Shown one piece after another: positions 18,606 to 27,632 of a stretch of 64,000 nt of DNA (position 1 is the first letter of the stretch; each line of letters starts with the position of its first letter). The position numbers were made by a program, and so were the translations under genes. This DNA comes from Candidatus Algichlamydia australiensis. GTDB lineage: Bacteria > Chlamydiota > Chlamydiia > Chlamydiales > JAJFMI01. The stretch spans positions 653,145-717,144 of the forward strand of contig JAXCHI010000003.1 of the NCBI GenBank assembly GCA_033977065.1. Direction: 5' to 3'. The notes beneath the pieces are model-generated. The model was not told the origin of the DNA. It was given only the letters and a program-made list of their open reading frames with translations, and did no database searches.

Positions 18606-18897
18606 CTACGCGCTACAAAGGTTGCTTCCATCTGAAGAGCCGCTTGTCAAATAGCTATAGTATTGCTCTTCTATTTGCTCTTCTTGCTCTTTAGCATTGT
18701 CCCGCCCTTCAGAGGCCGTATTGTGAATATCTTTTAATTCCTTTCGCGCATCTGATCGAATTGTCTCTCCGGAAACGTCTGAAAAAACGACAACGGAGTT
18801 ATCTGGCAAAGTAGAGCCGGCTTCTGCAGCTCCGTATTGTCCATCACAATCGTAGATGGTATAAGTAGCGCTGGGATCGGTGGTATAGGTTTTCCAT
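18606..18897 (-). CDS. CT656-like small protein with an apparent frameshift just after the ATG
   Basis: Open frame TYTTDPSATYTIYDCDGQYGAA...SGETIRSDARKEL extends upstream of the called TTG; the ATG at 18897 (AAGGAAGG RBS) is out of frame by one A. Confidence 0.55.
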
Positions 18898-18967
18898 ATA
18901 ATTCTATCCTTCCTTACTTTAATAATAACAAATTGTTAATAAAGTGTAAAATTATTTTTATTTTAAT

Positions 18968-19546
18968 ATGTTACTTACTTACAAAGAGTTAGAAAATAAA
19001 CGTGATTTAATTCTCTTAATTGAAGGCGAATTTTGGAAAAAAGTTCGTAAATCACTCTTTATCAAAGAGATAAAAGATTTGCAGAAATGCCTTAGTATTA
19101 AGGATTTAGAAGAAGCTTTTTTCGAGCTCGAAAAAAAAGCGGCCTACCGAGTAGCTGTGGATCTTCTGAGTCGCGCCACACAGCTTGAAGGAGCTCTTAA
19201 GAGGAAGTTAAAAGAGAGGTTTCTCTCAGAAGAGGCGGCTGATTACGCCATAAGACGCTTGCAGGAAATGGGCTATACGAATGAGAGAGATGATGTAGAA
19301 CGGGCGATTGAGAGCTATTTTCGCAAAGGCTACGGTCCAAGAGGTGTTTTTGCCAAGCTACGCATGAAAACCTCCCTTTCTGATCAGGAGCTTCAAGCTA
19401 AAATTGCTTCTGCAGTCAGTGAGGAGGAGCAGCTAGAAAAAATGCGCGAGCTTCTTGAAAGGGGAAAGAGTTTGCGTTTTCTTGCCTCTCGTGGATTTCC
19501 TTTTCACCTTATTTCTCAGCTGGACGAAAGTGGGATAACCCGTTAA
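18968..19546 (+). CDS. recX: RecX-family regulator
   Basis: AVDLLSR...LKRKLKER...GYTNE...RKGYGPRGV..KLRMK...RFLASRGF. Confidence 0.8.
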   Translation: MLLTYKELENKRDLILLIEGEFWKKVRKSLFIKEIKDLQKCLSIKDLEEAFFELEKKAAYRVAVDLLSRATQLEGALKRKLKERFLSEEAADYAIRRLQEMGYTNERDDVERAIESYFRKGYGPRGVFAKLRMKTSLSDQELQAKIASAVSEEEQLEKMRELLERGKSLRFLASRGFPFHLISQLDESGITR

Positions 19547-19558
19547 ACTGCAGTTAAG

Positions 19559-20686
19559 ATGAGACGATTGTTCCTCCTGTTTTTTATTCCGCTTTTGCTT
19601 TTTGCTCAAGACGAGCAAGAGATCGATGATTCTATTATCATTGTGCCACGAGATCAGGTGATCAATGACGATTACTATGCATGGGGCGGTACAATAGAAA
19701 TCGCGGGTGTGATCAATGGGGATCTTTACGTCACAGGGTCACAAATTTTTATTGATGGAACGGTTAATGGAGATGTACTTGTTGCAGGAGGGAGTGTCAA
19801 TATTTCTGGACAGGTTGTTGGAGATTTGCGTCTTCTCTCTGGCCAAACGTTGATCACAGGGTCAATTGGTCGCAGTGCCACACTGGTTTCGGGGAATGTA
19901 GAGATGACATCGCCCGCTTCGATTGGTCGTAATCTTTCTGCTTTATGTGGGAACATGGACTTAGCGGGACGTTTAGAGGGCAATGGTCATATCTACTCCT
20001 CAAGCTTGCGTCTTTCAGATAGGGTAGGGGGCAACATTGCGGCTTACGTAGGACGCATGCGCGCAACTTCGACGACAAATATTCAGGGGAAATTAGAGTA
20101 TTGGAGTGATCAGCTGGCACTCATCTCTCCTGGTGCTACAATCCAAGGCGGTCTCTTGCACCACCCCTCTTTTATTTATACGCTCTCACAGCATCCTTGG
20201 CTTAAGTGGTTACAAATTGGATCGAAGTTGGCAACACTGCTCATGAACTTTTTCTACTCTCTCATTTTGGGATTTATTTTCATGCGTTACTTTCAGCATC
20301 GTCTTGATCGCGCATTTTCCGCGATGGAAAGAAAGCCACTCCAGTCGCTTATTACAGGGGCGCTTGTACTGATCGTCTTACCGCTTATCTCCCTTTTGCT
20401 CCTCATGACAATTTTAGGTGTGCCATTTGCTTTAACGCTTCTGGCAATTAATGTGATCGGTTTCTATACAGGTAAAATCTTCACCATGCTCTTTGTTACT
20501 AGGTGGGGGTTAGGGAAACTGCACAAAGAGAAGTGGCGAAAAATAGGTTATATGCTCACACTAATTGGCTATTTTTTCCTGACTATGATTCCCTATTTTG
20601 GACAGGCACTTGTCTTTGCTGTTACGCTTTTTGGTCTTGGAGCGATTGTCACAGGTCGCGCCGATCTTGCTAAATCTCAGATGTAA
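19559..20686 (+). CDS. Bactofilin-like beta-helix repeat membrane protein
   Basis: Signal peptide, repeated I.G.V.GD motifs, then several C-terminal TM helices. Confidence 0.8.
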   Translation: MRRLFLLFFIPLLLFAQDEQEIDDSIIIVPRDQVINDDYYAWGGTIEIAGVINGDLYVTGSQIFIDGTVNGDVLVAGGSVNISGQVVGDLRLLSGQTLITGSIGRSATLVSGNVEMTSPASIGRNLSALCGNMDLAGRLEGNGHIYSSSLRLSDRVGGNIAAYVGRMRATSTTNIQGKLEYWSDQLALISPGATIQGGLLHHPSFIYTLSQHPWLKWLQIGSKLATLLMNFFYSLILGFIFMRYFQHRLDRAFSAMERKPLQSLITGALVLIVLPLISLLLLMTILGVPFALTLLAINVIGFYTGKIFTMLFVTRWGLGKLHKEKWRKIGYMLTLIGYFFLTMIPYFGQALVFAVTLFGLGAIVTGRADLAKSQM

Positions 20687-20726
20687 TCTGTTGATAGTCA
20701 GTAAGTAATGCTTGGTATCTTCTTTT

Positions 20727-20830
20727 ATATGTTGGATTTTTTCCTGTTTTCCAACATATCAAATGTGATATGTTGACTGAGTCAACATATTCTGATAATA
20801 TGTTGAAAAATATGAAAAAATTCAACATAT
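20727..20830. promoter_or_regulatory. Six alternating ATATGTTG/CAACATAT half-sites upstream of fic
   Basis: Half-sites at ~20727, 20752, 20768, 20783, 20798, 20823; the last overlaps the ATG. Confidence 0.75.
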
Positions 20831-21920
20831 GAAAAAGTTTGATCCTGACGCACCGTACAACGAACTCCCTCTACTTCCTCCAAGATACTCCCTCGAAACG
20901 CCTGGTGTTTTAAAAGCTTGCATCGAAGCAAACAAGGAGTTGGCAAAACTAAAGATTGCAGAACGCCTTATTCCAAATCAAACCGTTTTAATTAACTGTA
21001 TACCTCTTTTAGAGTCTCAAGCAAGTTCTGCAATTGAAAATATTGTAACAACGACTGATGAGCTCTTTGAGTATGCTCAAAGTGTGCTAACAACAACACC
21101 TTCGGCTACGAAAGAGACTCTGCAATACAGGCAGGCATTAAACCTTGGATATAAATTACTACAGAAAAGACCTTTGAGCACAGCTATTGTCTGTGAAATT
21201 TGTTCGACAATAAGACAAGTTGATGTGGATATTAGGGATTTGCCAGGCACAGTTCTTATGAATGATTTTTCTGGTGAAAAGATTTACACTCCTCCTGAAG
21301 GGGAAGGTAGATTAAGAAACCTCTTAGATAACTGGCTAGATTATCTTCATCAAGATGATGATGGCATAGACCCGCTTATAAAACTTGCTGTTCAGCATTA
21401 CCAATTTGAAGCGATACACCCCTTTTCTGATGGCAATGGTCGCACGGGACGCATTGTCAATTTGTTGTATTTGATACAGAGAGGCTTGTTAGATACCCCG
21501 ATTCTCTACTTAAGCGGATATATTATTAAGAATAGGGCAGAGTATTACAAGCGTTTGTTAGATGTTACAGCTAGAGAAGCTTGGGAGGAGTGGATTCTTT
21601 ACTTTCTAGACGCAATTTTCGAAACATCTAAGTGGACACTATCTAAAATTTTAGCAATTCAAAAGCTATTAGATGAGTCCTGCGTGTTAATAAAGTTAAA
21701 AGCGCCTACAATTTATAGTAAAGAGCTTGTTGAACTGCTTTTTACACAGCCTTATATCCGGATTCAAAACTTAGTAGAATCCGAGGGAATTGGTCGAGAT
21801 ACAGCATCTAAGCGCTTAAAAATACTTTCCGGAATAGGCTTTTTGCAAGAAGTAAAAAGAGGGAGGGACAGGCTGTTCATTAACCACAGATTTCTCAATC
21901 TTCTCAAACAAAAAGAATAG
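20829..21920 (+). CDS. fic: Fic-family protein adenylyltransferase with C-terminal HTH
   Basis: HPFSDGNGRTGR catalytic motif; SSAIEN inhibitory helix; PYNELPLLPP N-terminus. Confidence 0.95.
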   Translation: MKKFDPDAPYNELPLLPPRYSLETPGVLKACIEANKELAKLKIAERLIPNQTVLINCIPLLESQASSAIENIVTTTDELFEYAQSVLTTTPSATKETLQYRQALNLGYKLLQKRPLSTAIVCEICSTIRQVDVDIRDLPGTVLMNDFSGEKIYTPPEGEGRLRNLLDNWLDYLHQDDDGIDPLIKLAVQHYQFEAIHPFSDGNGRTGRIVNLLYLIQRGLLDTPILYLSGYIIKNRAEYYKRLLDVTAREAWEEWILYFLDAIFETSKWTLSKILAIQKLLDESCVLIKLKAPTIYSKELVELLFTQPYIRIQNLVESEGIGRDTASKRLKILSGIGFLQEVKRGRDRLFINHRFLNLLKQKE

Positions 21921-22031
21921 CATTATTTTTACGTCAAAGCTCTCGCATAAAAATAGATCCCAAACGTAAAAACAGGGTGACCAAAAGGATTTAACGACAC
22001 TGTATAGAACATGCAAAGTTTTCTGCAAAAC

Positions 22032-22265
22032 AAAAAAAACAGCCGCGCAAGCGACGTGAAAGGGGCCCTACCCAAAACGAAGTGGAGGGTGGGGAATGAA
22101 CGCGCGATGCGCTCGATGGCTTCAGATTGGCTTTGAAAAATTGCGGTGCAGGAGGAAGAAGTAGTGCTTTGCACGGTTTTCCGACGAAACGCAATTTGGC
22201 ATGCCAAGATGAAGCTCAAAGGGCAGCGGGGATTTGCCCGACTGTCTCTATTGGCTGTTTTTTTT
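22032..22265. repeat. GC-rich palindromic element between convergent fic and asnS
   Basis: Outer IR AAAAAAAACAGCC/GGCTGTTTTTTTT; inner stems GCTTCA/TGAAGC, TTGGC/GCCAA, AAATTGCG/CGCAATTT. Confidence 0.6.
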
Positions 22266-22286
22266 TAAATTAAACACTAAGATTTT

Positions 22287-22316
22287 CTGTTACGGAGTAC
22301 TAGTACTCTGTAACAG
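22287..22316. terminator. Near-perfect hairpin just downstream of asnS
   Basis: CTGTTACGGAGTAC-TA-GTACTCTGTAACAG. Confidence 0.5.
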
Positions 22317-22323
22317 TTGCTCT

Positions 22324-23718
22324 TCAAAATTCTACTTGGCCGGGGACGCGTGGAAAAGCAATCACATCACGAATGTTTTCCATCCCTGTAACAAATTGCA
22401 CAAGGCGCTCAAAACCAGCCCCAAAGCCACTGTGTGGCACTGAGCCATAGCGACGTAGGTCAAGGTACCACTTGTAGTGTTCTATATCGAGATCGTGCGC
22501 TTTGAATTTTGCTTCAAGAAGATCGAAGCGCTCTTCACGCTGTGATCCACCAATAATCTCGCCCACTTTTGGAACCAAGATATCGAGCGCGGCTACAGTT
22601 TTGTGATCGTCATTTTCTCGCATATAGAACGCTTTAATCTCTTTAGGGTAGTCGGTTACAATGACCGGTTTTTTGGCGTGTTTTTCTGTGAGATAGCGCT
22701 CATGTTCGGTTTGTAGATCGATCCCCCATTTAGGTTCAAAGTCAAATTTTTCATTAGACTTTTGCAGAATTTCAACAGCTTCTGTGTAGGGGATATGAGC
22801 GAAGGGGGTATCTAAGATATGGTCGAGGCGTTTGTGCAAGCCTTTCTCTACCCACTTATCGAAAAAGTTTAGGTCCTCTTCGCAATTCTCTTTTGCATAT
22901 TTCACAAGGTATTTGAGATACTCTTCGCCAATTTTAGCTGTATCTGCAAGATCTGCAAAAGCCATTTCTGGTTCAATCATCCAAAATTCGGCTAAGTGAC
23001 GTGCCGTATGGGAATTTTCTGCGCGGAAAGTGGGGCCAAAAGTGTAGATATCTGAAAGAGCTGTGGCGTATGCTTCTCCATTAAGTTGACCGGATACGGT
23101 CAGGAAAGCAGGCTTTCCAAAAAAGTCTTTGGAAAAGTCAATGCTACCATCTTCTTTTTTTGGAGGAGCCTGCAAATCGAGTGAGCTCACCTGAAACATC
23201 TCACCAGCGCCTTCACAATCAGAGCTTGTGATGATTGGGCTTTGCAGATAGAGAAAGCCGTGTTCTTGAAAAAAACTATGAGTTGCAAAGGCAAGGGCAT
23301 TGCGTACGCGTGCAACAGCGCCCTGTGTATTTGTGCGGGGGCGCAAATGCGCAATGGTGCGTAAAAACTCAAAGGAGTGACGCTTTTTTTGCAGAGGATA
23401 CTCATCAGCAGGGCAGCTCCCAATAAGTTCAATGTTCTCAACCTGCATTTCAACTTGTTGTTTACCTCCGGGACTCTCTACAAGTTTACCTGTTGCACGA
23501 ATGGCGGCACCTGTTGTCAGTTGTGAAATGAGTCCAGAATAACCGGGAAGTTCGCTCTGAACGACAAGTTGAAAGTTGGCAAGTGTTGAACCATCATTGA
23601 GCTCGATAAAAGAAAATGTTTTCTGTTCACGTTTACTACGAATCCATCCGGCGACTTGTACTTCTTCTCCGATTTTTGATTCTTTAATGAGTTGTTTAAT
23701 TTTTGTTCTACTTGGCAT
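22324..23718 (-). CDS. asnS: Asparagine--tRNA ligase
   Basis: HLRPRTN, LTVSGQL, FGPTFRAENS.TARHLAEFWMIEPE, GEIIGGSQREER, YGSVPHSGFG.GFER. Confidence 0.98.
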   Translation of the reverse strand: MPSRTKIKQLIKESKIGEEVQVAGWIRSKREQKTFSFIELNDGSTLANFQLVVQSELPGYSGLISQLTTGAAIRATGKLVESPGGKQQVEMQVENIELIGSCPADEYPLQKKRHSFEFLRTIAHLRPRTNTQGAVARVRNALAFATHSFFQEHGFLYLQSPIITSSDCEGAGEMFQVSSLDLQAPPKKEDGSIDFSKDFFGKPAFLTVSGQLNGEAYATALSDIYTFGPTFRAENSHTARHLAEFWMIEPEMAFADLADTAKIGEEYLKYLVKYAKENCEEDLNFFDKWVEKGLHKRLDHILDTPFAHIPYTEAVEILQKSNEKFDFEPKWGIDLQTEHERYLTEKHAKKPVIVTDYPKEIKAFYMRENDDHKTVAALDILVPKVGEIIGGSQREERFDLLEAKFKAHDLDIEHYKWYLDLRRYGSVPHSGFGAGFERLVQFVTGMENIRDVIAFPRVPGQVEF

Positions 23719-24556
23719 AATCTCTTAAGATTTGGATCTCTTCGCTCCAAATTTCTGTGTTGGGTGTTTCAAGGTATTTTGGCAAATCACGTAATTTGGG
23801 ATTCTGCATCATTGCTTTAAAGCCCTCATTTCCAATTTCACCTTTGCCCAGGCTGGCATGACGGTCTTTTCGGGCACCTAAAGGAAATTTAGAGTCATTT
23901 ACGTGAATGGCGTAAAGATGCTTTAACCCGACCACTTCATCAAACTCTTTGAGCGTGGCATCCCACGCCTCTTTATTACGCAGGTCATAACCTGCTGCAA
24001 AAATATGACAGGTGTCAATGCAGACGCCGATCGGAATTTTCTTCTCTACACCTCTAATGATGTGAGCAAGATGAGCAAATTCATGACCGACAGTACTGCC
24101 TTGACCAGCTGTTGCTTCCAAAAGTAGGCGAGTGGGCCCTTGGCTTGTTAACTCTTCAATTGTCAATAAACTCTCAATGATGCGATCGAGACACTGCTCT
24201 ACGCTGTCTGTTAGCGCGGCACCGGGATGAAAGTTCATGTAGGAAAGTTCTAGCTGATGGCAGCGCTCTACTTCATCAACTAAAGCTTTGCGACTTTTGA
24301 TTAAATTTTCAGGATTGGGCGCACCTAGATTCATCAAATAACTTGCGTGACTCATGATTTTTTTTAAACCAGTCTCTTCGCGCGCTTTTTTCCAGCGCTC
24401 TAACTCTTCAGTAGAGATCGGCTTTCCCGCCCACTGTCGCTGGTTGCTAGTAAAAAGTTGAATCGTTGTAGCGCCAATTCTTTGGCCATGAAGGAGCGCC
24501 TTGTGTGCACCACCAGCAGCTGAAGTATGCGCGCCGATTAAAAGTTTATCTGTCAT
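23708..24556 (-). CDS. nfo: Endonuclease IV
   Basis: GAHTSAAGG, HASYLMNL, NFHPG, LLEATAGQG, CIDTCHIFAAGYD, HVNDSK, DRH, LETP. Confidence 0.97.
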   Translation of the reverse strand: MTDKLLIGAHTSAAGGAHKALLHGQRIGATTIQLFTSNQRQWAGKPISTEELERWKKAREETGLKKIMSHASYLMNLGAPNPENLIKSRKALVDEVERCHQLELSYMNFHPGAALTDSVEQCLDRIIESLLTIEELTSQGPTRLLLEATAGQGSTVGHEFAHLAHIIRGVEKKIPIGVCIDTCHIFAAGYDLRNKEAWDATLKEFDEVVGLKHLYAIHVNDSKFPLGARKDRHASLGKGEIGNEGFKAMMQNPKLRDLPKYLETPNTEIWSEEIQILRDYAK

Positions 24557-24589
24557 AGAGGTCTATTTTCGCAGGTAGAAGCAGAAATT

Positions 24590-25018
24590 TCAAGGATTCT
24601 TCTTCTTTGCTGCTTTTCTGGATGTAAAAAAAGCGGCTGCAGAGAATACTCCTACGGCTAAAATGCGTGGGTTGCTGTGAATAAAAAAATTGCGCAGATA
24701 GGCAACCTGAGAAAGAGCAACTCCCTGAGTTAATAAAGCGCAGCTGGTAATTAGGCCTACCTTAGCGCTCTCTTTTTTTAGATTTTCATATTTTGAATGC
24801 TTGATTGCGTAACATAACAAGGAAGCGTCAGAGGCGAGCAGTATGGTGGCTGTGATAATCCAATGAGGTTTAGGCAAAGAGTAGATATTTTTATCAATCA
24901 AAAGGGCAGTAGTTGCAGCGATGCCAACAAGAGAAGTTAGCGCTGCATTTTTTGCTACATCACAGGAGTGAATTCCCTGATTCCAACTATCAAAAGTATG
25001 AACTGGTATTGCTAGCAT
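24590..25018 (-). CDS. Hypothetical multi-TM protein
   Basis: About four hydrophobic segments; GGAGG RBS before ATG 25018. Confidence 0.6.
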   Translation of the reverse strand: MLAIPVHTFDSWNQGIHSCDVAKNAALTSLVGIAATTALLIDKNIYSLPKPHWIITATILLASDASLLCYAIKHSKYENLKKESAKVGLITSCALLTQGVALSQVAYLRNFFIHSNPRILAVGVFSAAAFFTSRKAAKKKNP

Positions 25019-25083
25019 AATTCCTCCCCAAGAGTGTTCTAGCAATGCATTTTTGATGATTTCGGAAGTTTTTGTCTAGAAAA

Positions 25084-25113
25084 AAAACTGCACGTTCGTA
25101 AGAACATGCAGTT
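25084..25113 (-). terminator. Rho-independent terminator of the rpsD transcript
   Basis: Minus strand AAACTGCATGTTC-TTAC-GAACGTGCAGTTT followed by poly-T. Confidence 0.8.
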
Positions 25114-25116
25114 TAT

Positions 25117-25252
25117 AAGAACTATGCTAAGGAGATACGAAACAATTTATTTGCCGATTCCAATAACTATACCTAGTTATTTGTGGTCTCCAAAAACTGC
25201 CTTTTAGCATTTTCTGTTCGACCTACCGGCAAAACACTTGCTCAAATATTCC
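25117..25252 (-). ncRNA. Candidate structured RNA in the rpsD 3' UTR
   Basis: Predicted three-way junction whose G-U pairs form only on the minus strand (see findings). Confidence 0.4.
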
Positions 25253-25873
25253 TTAAGTGGTGTGCGCAAGGAATTCGCAAACAAGAGGAACATTGATCGG
25301 AAGCGCAAGAGGAATCTGATCAAATTCAGGAGCATTTAAAAGCTTTCCTGAAAACTTGCCCTCTTCTACCTCCAAGTAGGGGGGAATTTCGATAGAGGTA
25401 TTGCCTTGAGCCTCTTTAATTAACGCGTTGTTTTGCGATTTTTCGCGAATAGAGACCACCATACCTGGTTTAACTTGGAAAGAGCGAACATCCACTTTTT
25501 TTCCATTCACAAGAACGTGTCCATGGGCAACGATTTGTTGTGCATGAAAGATTGTGGTGGCAAGACGTAGTCGGTAGACGATATTGTCTAAGCGGCACTC
25601 AAGCTGCTCTAAGAATGCGTGTGAAGTATTTTCTTTACGACGTACAGCCTCTTTGTAGTAACGTTTCAATTTTTTCTGCGACAGCATGCCGTAGACAGCT
25701 CTTAGCTTCTGCTTCTCATCAAGCTGTAGGCCGTAATCGGACTTTTTGCGGCGTCTTGCTCCGTGAACACCAGGAGGATTGGGTTTGTGAAGCATAGGAT
25801 TGCGGCGGCGTCCAAAGATATTTACGCCATATTTTCGTGCGATACGATTTTTCGGTCCAGTATAACGGGCCAT
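25253..25873 (-). CDS. rpsD: 30S ribosomal protein S4
   Basis: MARYTGPKNRIAR...SDYGLQLDEKQKL...LECRLDNIVYR; true start ATG 25873. Confidence 0.98.
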   Translation of the reverse strand: MARYTGPKNRIARKYGVNIFGRRRNPMLHKPNPPGVHGARRRKKSDYGLQLDEKQKLRAVYGMLSQKKLKRYYKEAVRRKENTSHAFLEQLECRLDNIVYRLRLATTIFHAQQIVAHGHVLVNGKKVDVRSFQVKPGMVVSIREKSQNNALIKEAQGNTSIEIPPYLEVEEGKFSGKLLNAPEFDQIPLALPINVPLVCEFLAHTT

Positions 25874-25892
25874 AAAACCTCTAAAGTTTTGT

Positions 25893-26051
25893 GCCCAAGT
25901 TGTCATCCACTTCCCCCTCTGGAGAGGTCCTTTTCGTGATCTTCTGGGTTTTGCTCTTCAGAAATGTTTAAAAACACTCCTTTCGAATCAAAGCCAAGAA
26001 CCTCATCGAAAATCCCTCTCTCCATAGGAGAAATTGTTTTACACCTTAGGC
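25893..26051. repeat. Long hairpin element in the rpsD leader (CAAGTTG family, long form)
   Basis: Arms CCTCTGGAGAG/CTCTCCATAGG, TTTTCG/CGAAAA; shares sequence with 44933-44979 and 59527-59578. Confidence 0.65.
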
Positions 26052-26146
26052 GTTTAATTTGTTACCATCCATCATAGAACAAGCACATTTTTTCCACAAT
26101 AGAGAACTTTTCGTAGATTCAAATAATTTTTAAGTCTTTTTGAAAA

Positions 26147-26162
26147 TACTACAAGTGTAGTA
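26147..26162. promoter_or_regulatory. BlaI/MecI/CopY-type operator 1
   Basis: TACTACAAGTGTAGTA contains the TACA-NN-TGTA box. Confidence 0.85.
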
Positions 26163-26172
26163 CTGTGGGCTC

Positions 26173-26547
26173 ATGAACGCTAAAAGAAAGTTTGGAGAGC
26201 TTGAACTTGAGATACTTAAGCTCATAACAGAACATGGAAGCGCAACTGTCAAAGAGATTCAAAAAAGTCTTGGGAGCGGGGATAAGTATACCTCAATCAT
26301 GACTGTGATGAGCCGCTTAGTTGAAAAGGGGGAGCTGCAACGTGAAAAAATTGGTTTGCAGTATCACTATAAGCTTTCTTTGAAGAAAGCGCAGCCTGAA
26401 CTTCTTGAAAGAATTAAAAAGAAAATTTTTGGGAATAGGACTGCCCCGATGGTGAGTTTTCTTCTTGAAACTGATAGCAAAATTTCAGATGCAGAGCTTG
26501 CTGAGATTGAGAAAACGATACGGAAGCTAAAAGATGGAAAAAAGTAA
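26173..26547 (+). CDS. BlaI/MecI/CopY-family repressor
   Basis: GELELEILK.I..HG.ATVKEI...YTSIMTVMSRLVEKG.LQREK.G..YHY. Confidence 0.92.
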   Translation: MNAKRKFGELELEILKLITEHGSATVKEIQKSLGSGDKYTSIMTVMSRLVEKGELQREKIGLQYHYKLSLKKAQPELLERIKKKIFGNRTAPMVSFLLETDSKISDAELAEIEKTIRKLKDGKK

Positions 26548-27589
26548 ACTTTTCTGGTTTTTGAGTTTTGACTTGATCACCAACAGTCTACTCGCTTTAT
26601 TTACAGCGGTTATTTTGGTAGAATTCGTTCTCTTCATTTTTCGTGTTAAGAGCATACGAGGCCGTATATTTGCTCGTTTGCTCCCTTTATTCAAACTTCT
26701 TCTTGATCCTTTTCTTTACGATTATTCGCGATGGTCACTGCTGCTTGGGAAACACCCTATTTTTGCGGAGAAGGGATCACGCTATTTGAGCGTTATTTTT
26801 TCAGATCCTATTACAGGTGTTTTCTCTAGGGGGTTTCGCATCGGCTTTTGTCTTGAAGATTGCTCTTCTTTTTCTCTTGGAGATCTGGTTGCGTTTTACC
26901 TTCCCTCCCACTCCATAAAATTTGCTGTAATCGTCTGTTTTGTTATTTCTTTTTTCCTTCTTGCATCCCGTTTAAAAAATGTTTTTTGCACAAAAAAGGT
27001 GCTACAAGCTTTTCCAAAAGAACCTTGTCAACGCTCTTTAAAGCATTCTCTTCTTTCAGAAAGTCTCAAGAAGAGATCAATTCAAATTTATGTTTCCGAT
27101 GCGATTTCGGCTCCTTGTGCTATTGCCCCCAAAGCAATTCTTTTTCCAAAAAGAGGGCTAAAGAGTTTAACTGATGAAGAGTTTGCCGTTATTGTTGCAC
27201 ACGAACAGCAACATTTATGCTTTAAAGATAGCACGATTCGTCTTGGAGTCTACTTCTTTACAGCACTCTTTTGGTGGATTCCCAGCTGGGGATGGCAGAG
27301 GGGATTGGAGGCCATGCAAGAAAAAGCGGCAGATACTGGTGCTTTGCGTTGGGGATTTTCAAAATTGGCTTTGGTAACAGCTATAGGAAAGTTTGCTATC
27401 CAGAAAAATGAGGAGAGCTATTCACTAATGACAAGCGCTTTCTGTCGTCGGTGGAGCGTGGTTCGGCGTCTCAAACAGATTGCAAAACTCAACGTTCCCA
27501 AAGAGAGAAAAATCGTATGTGTGCTGAAAGGATCACTTGTTATGATTCTTTTATTAGACATCCTTTTTAGTTCTCTTTGGATTTTATAA
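26534..27589 (+). CDS. M56 (BlaR1/MecR1-type) membrane metallopeptidase without a sensor domain
   Basis: IVAHEQQHL..KD (HExxH), FWWIP, QEKAAD, RRLK; TM helices. Confidence 0.88.
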   Translation: MEKSKLFWFLSFDLITNSLLALFTAVILVEFVLFIFRVKSIRGRIFARLLPLFKLLLDPFLYDYSRWSLLLGKHPIFAEKGSRYLSVIFSDPITGVFSRGFRIGFCLEDCSSFSLGDLVAFYLPSHSIKFAVIVCFVISFFLLASRLKNVFCTKKVLQAFPKEPCQRSLKHSLLSESLKKRSIQIYVSDAISAPCAIAPKAILFPKRGLKSLTDEEFAVIVAHEQQHLCFKDSTIRLGVYFFTALFWWIPSWGWQRGLEAMQEKAADTGALRWGFSKLALVTAIGKFAIQKNEESYSLMTSAFCRRWSVVRRLKQIAKLNVPKERKIVCVLKGSLVMILLLDILFSSLWIL

Positions 27590-27605
27590 ATTTTTTAACC
27601 CTAAA

Positions 27606-27621
27606 TACTACAACTGTAGTA
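27606..27621. promoter_or_regulatory. BlaI-type operator 2
   Basis: TACTACAACTGTAGTA, 15/16 identical to operator 1, abutting the AAGGAG RBS. Confidence 0.85.
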
Positions 27622-27632
27622 AGGAGATTTAA

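Noticed and set aside
21816..22443. Short ORFs between fic and asnS
   Set aside because: They overlap a palindromic element or asnS antisense; no coding signal.
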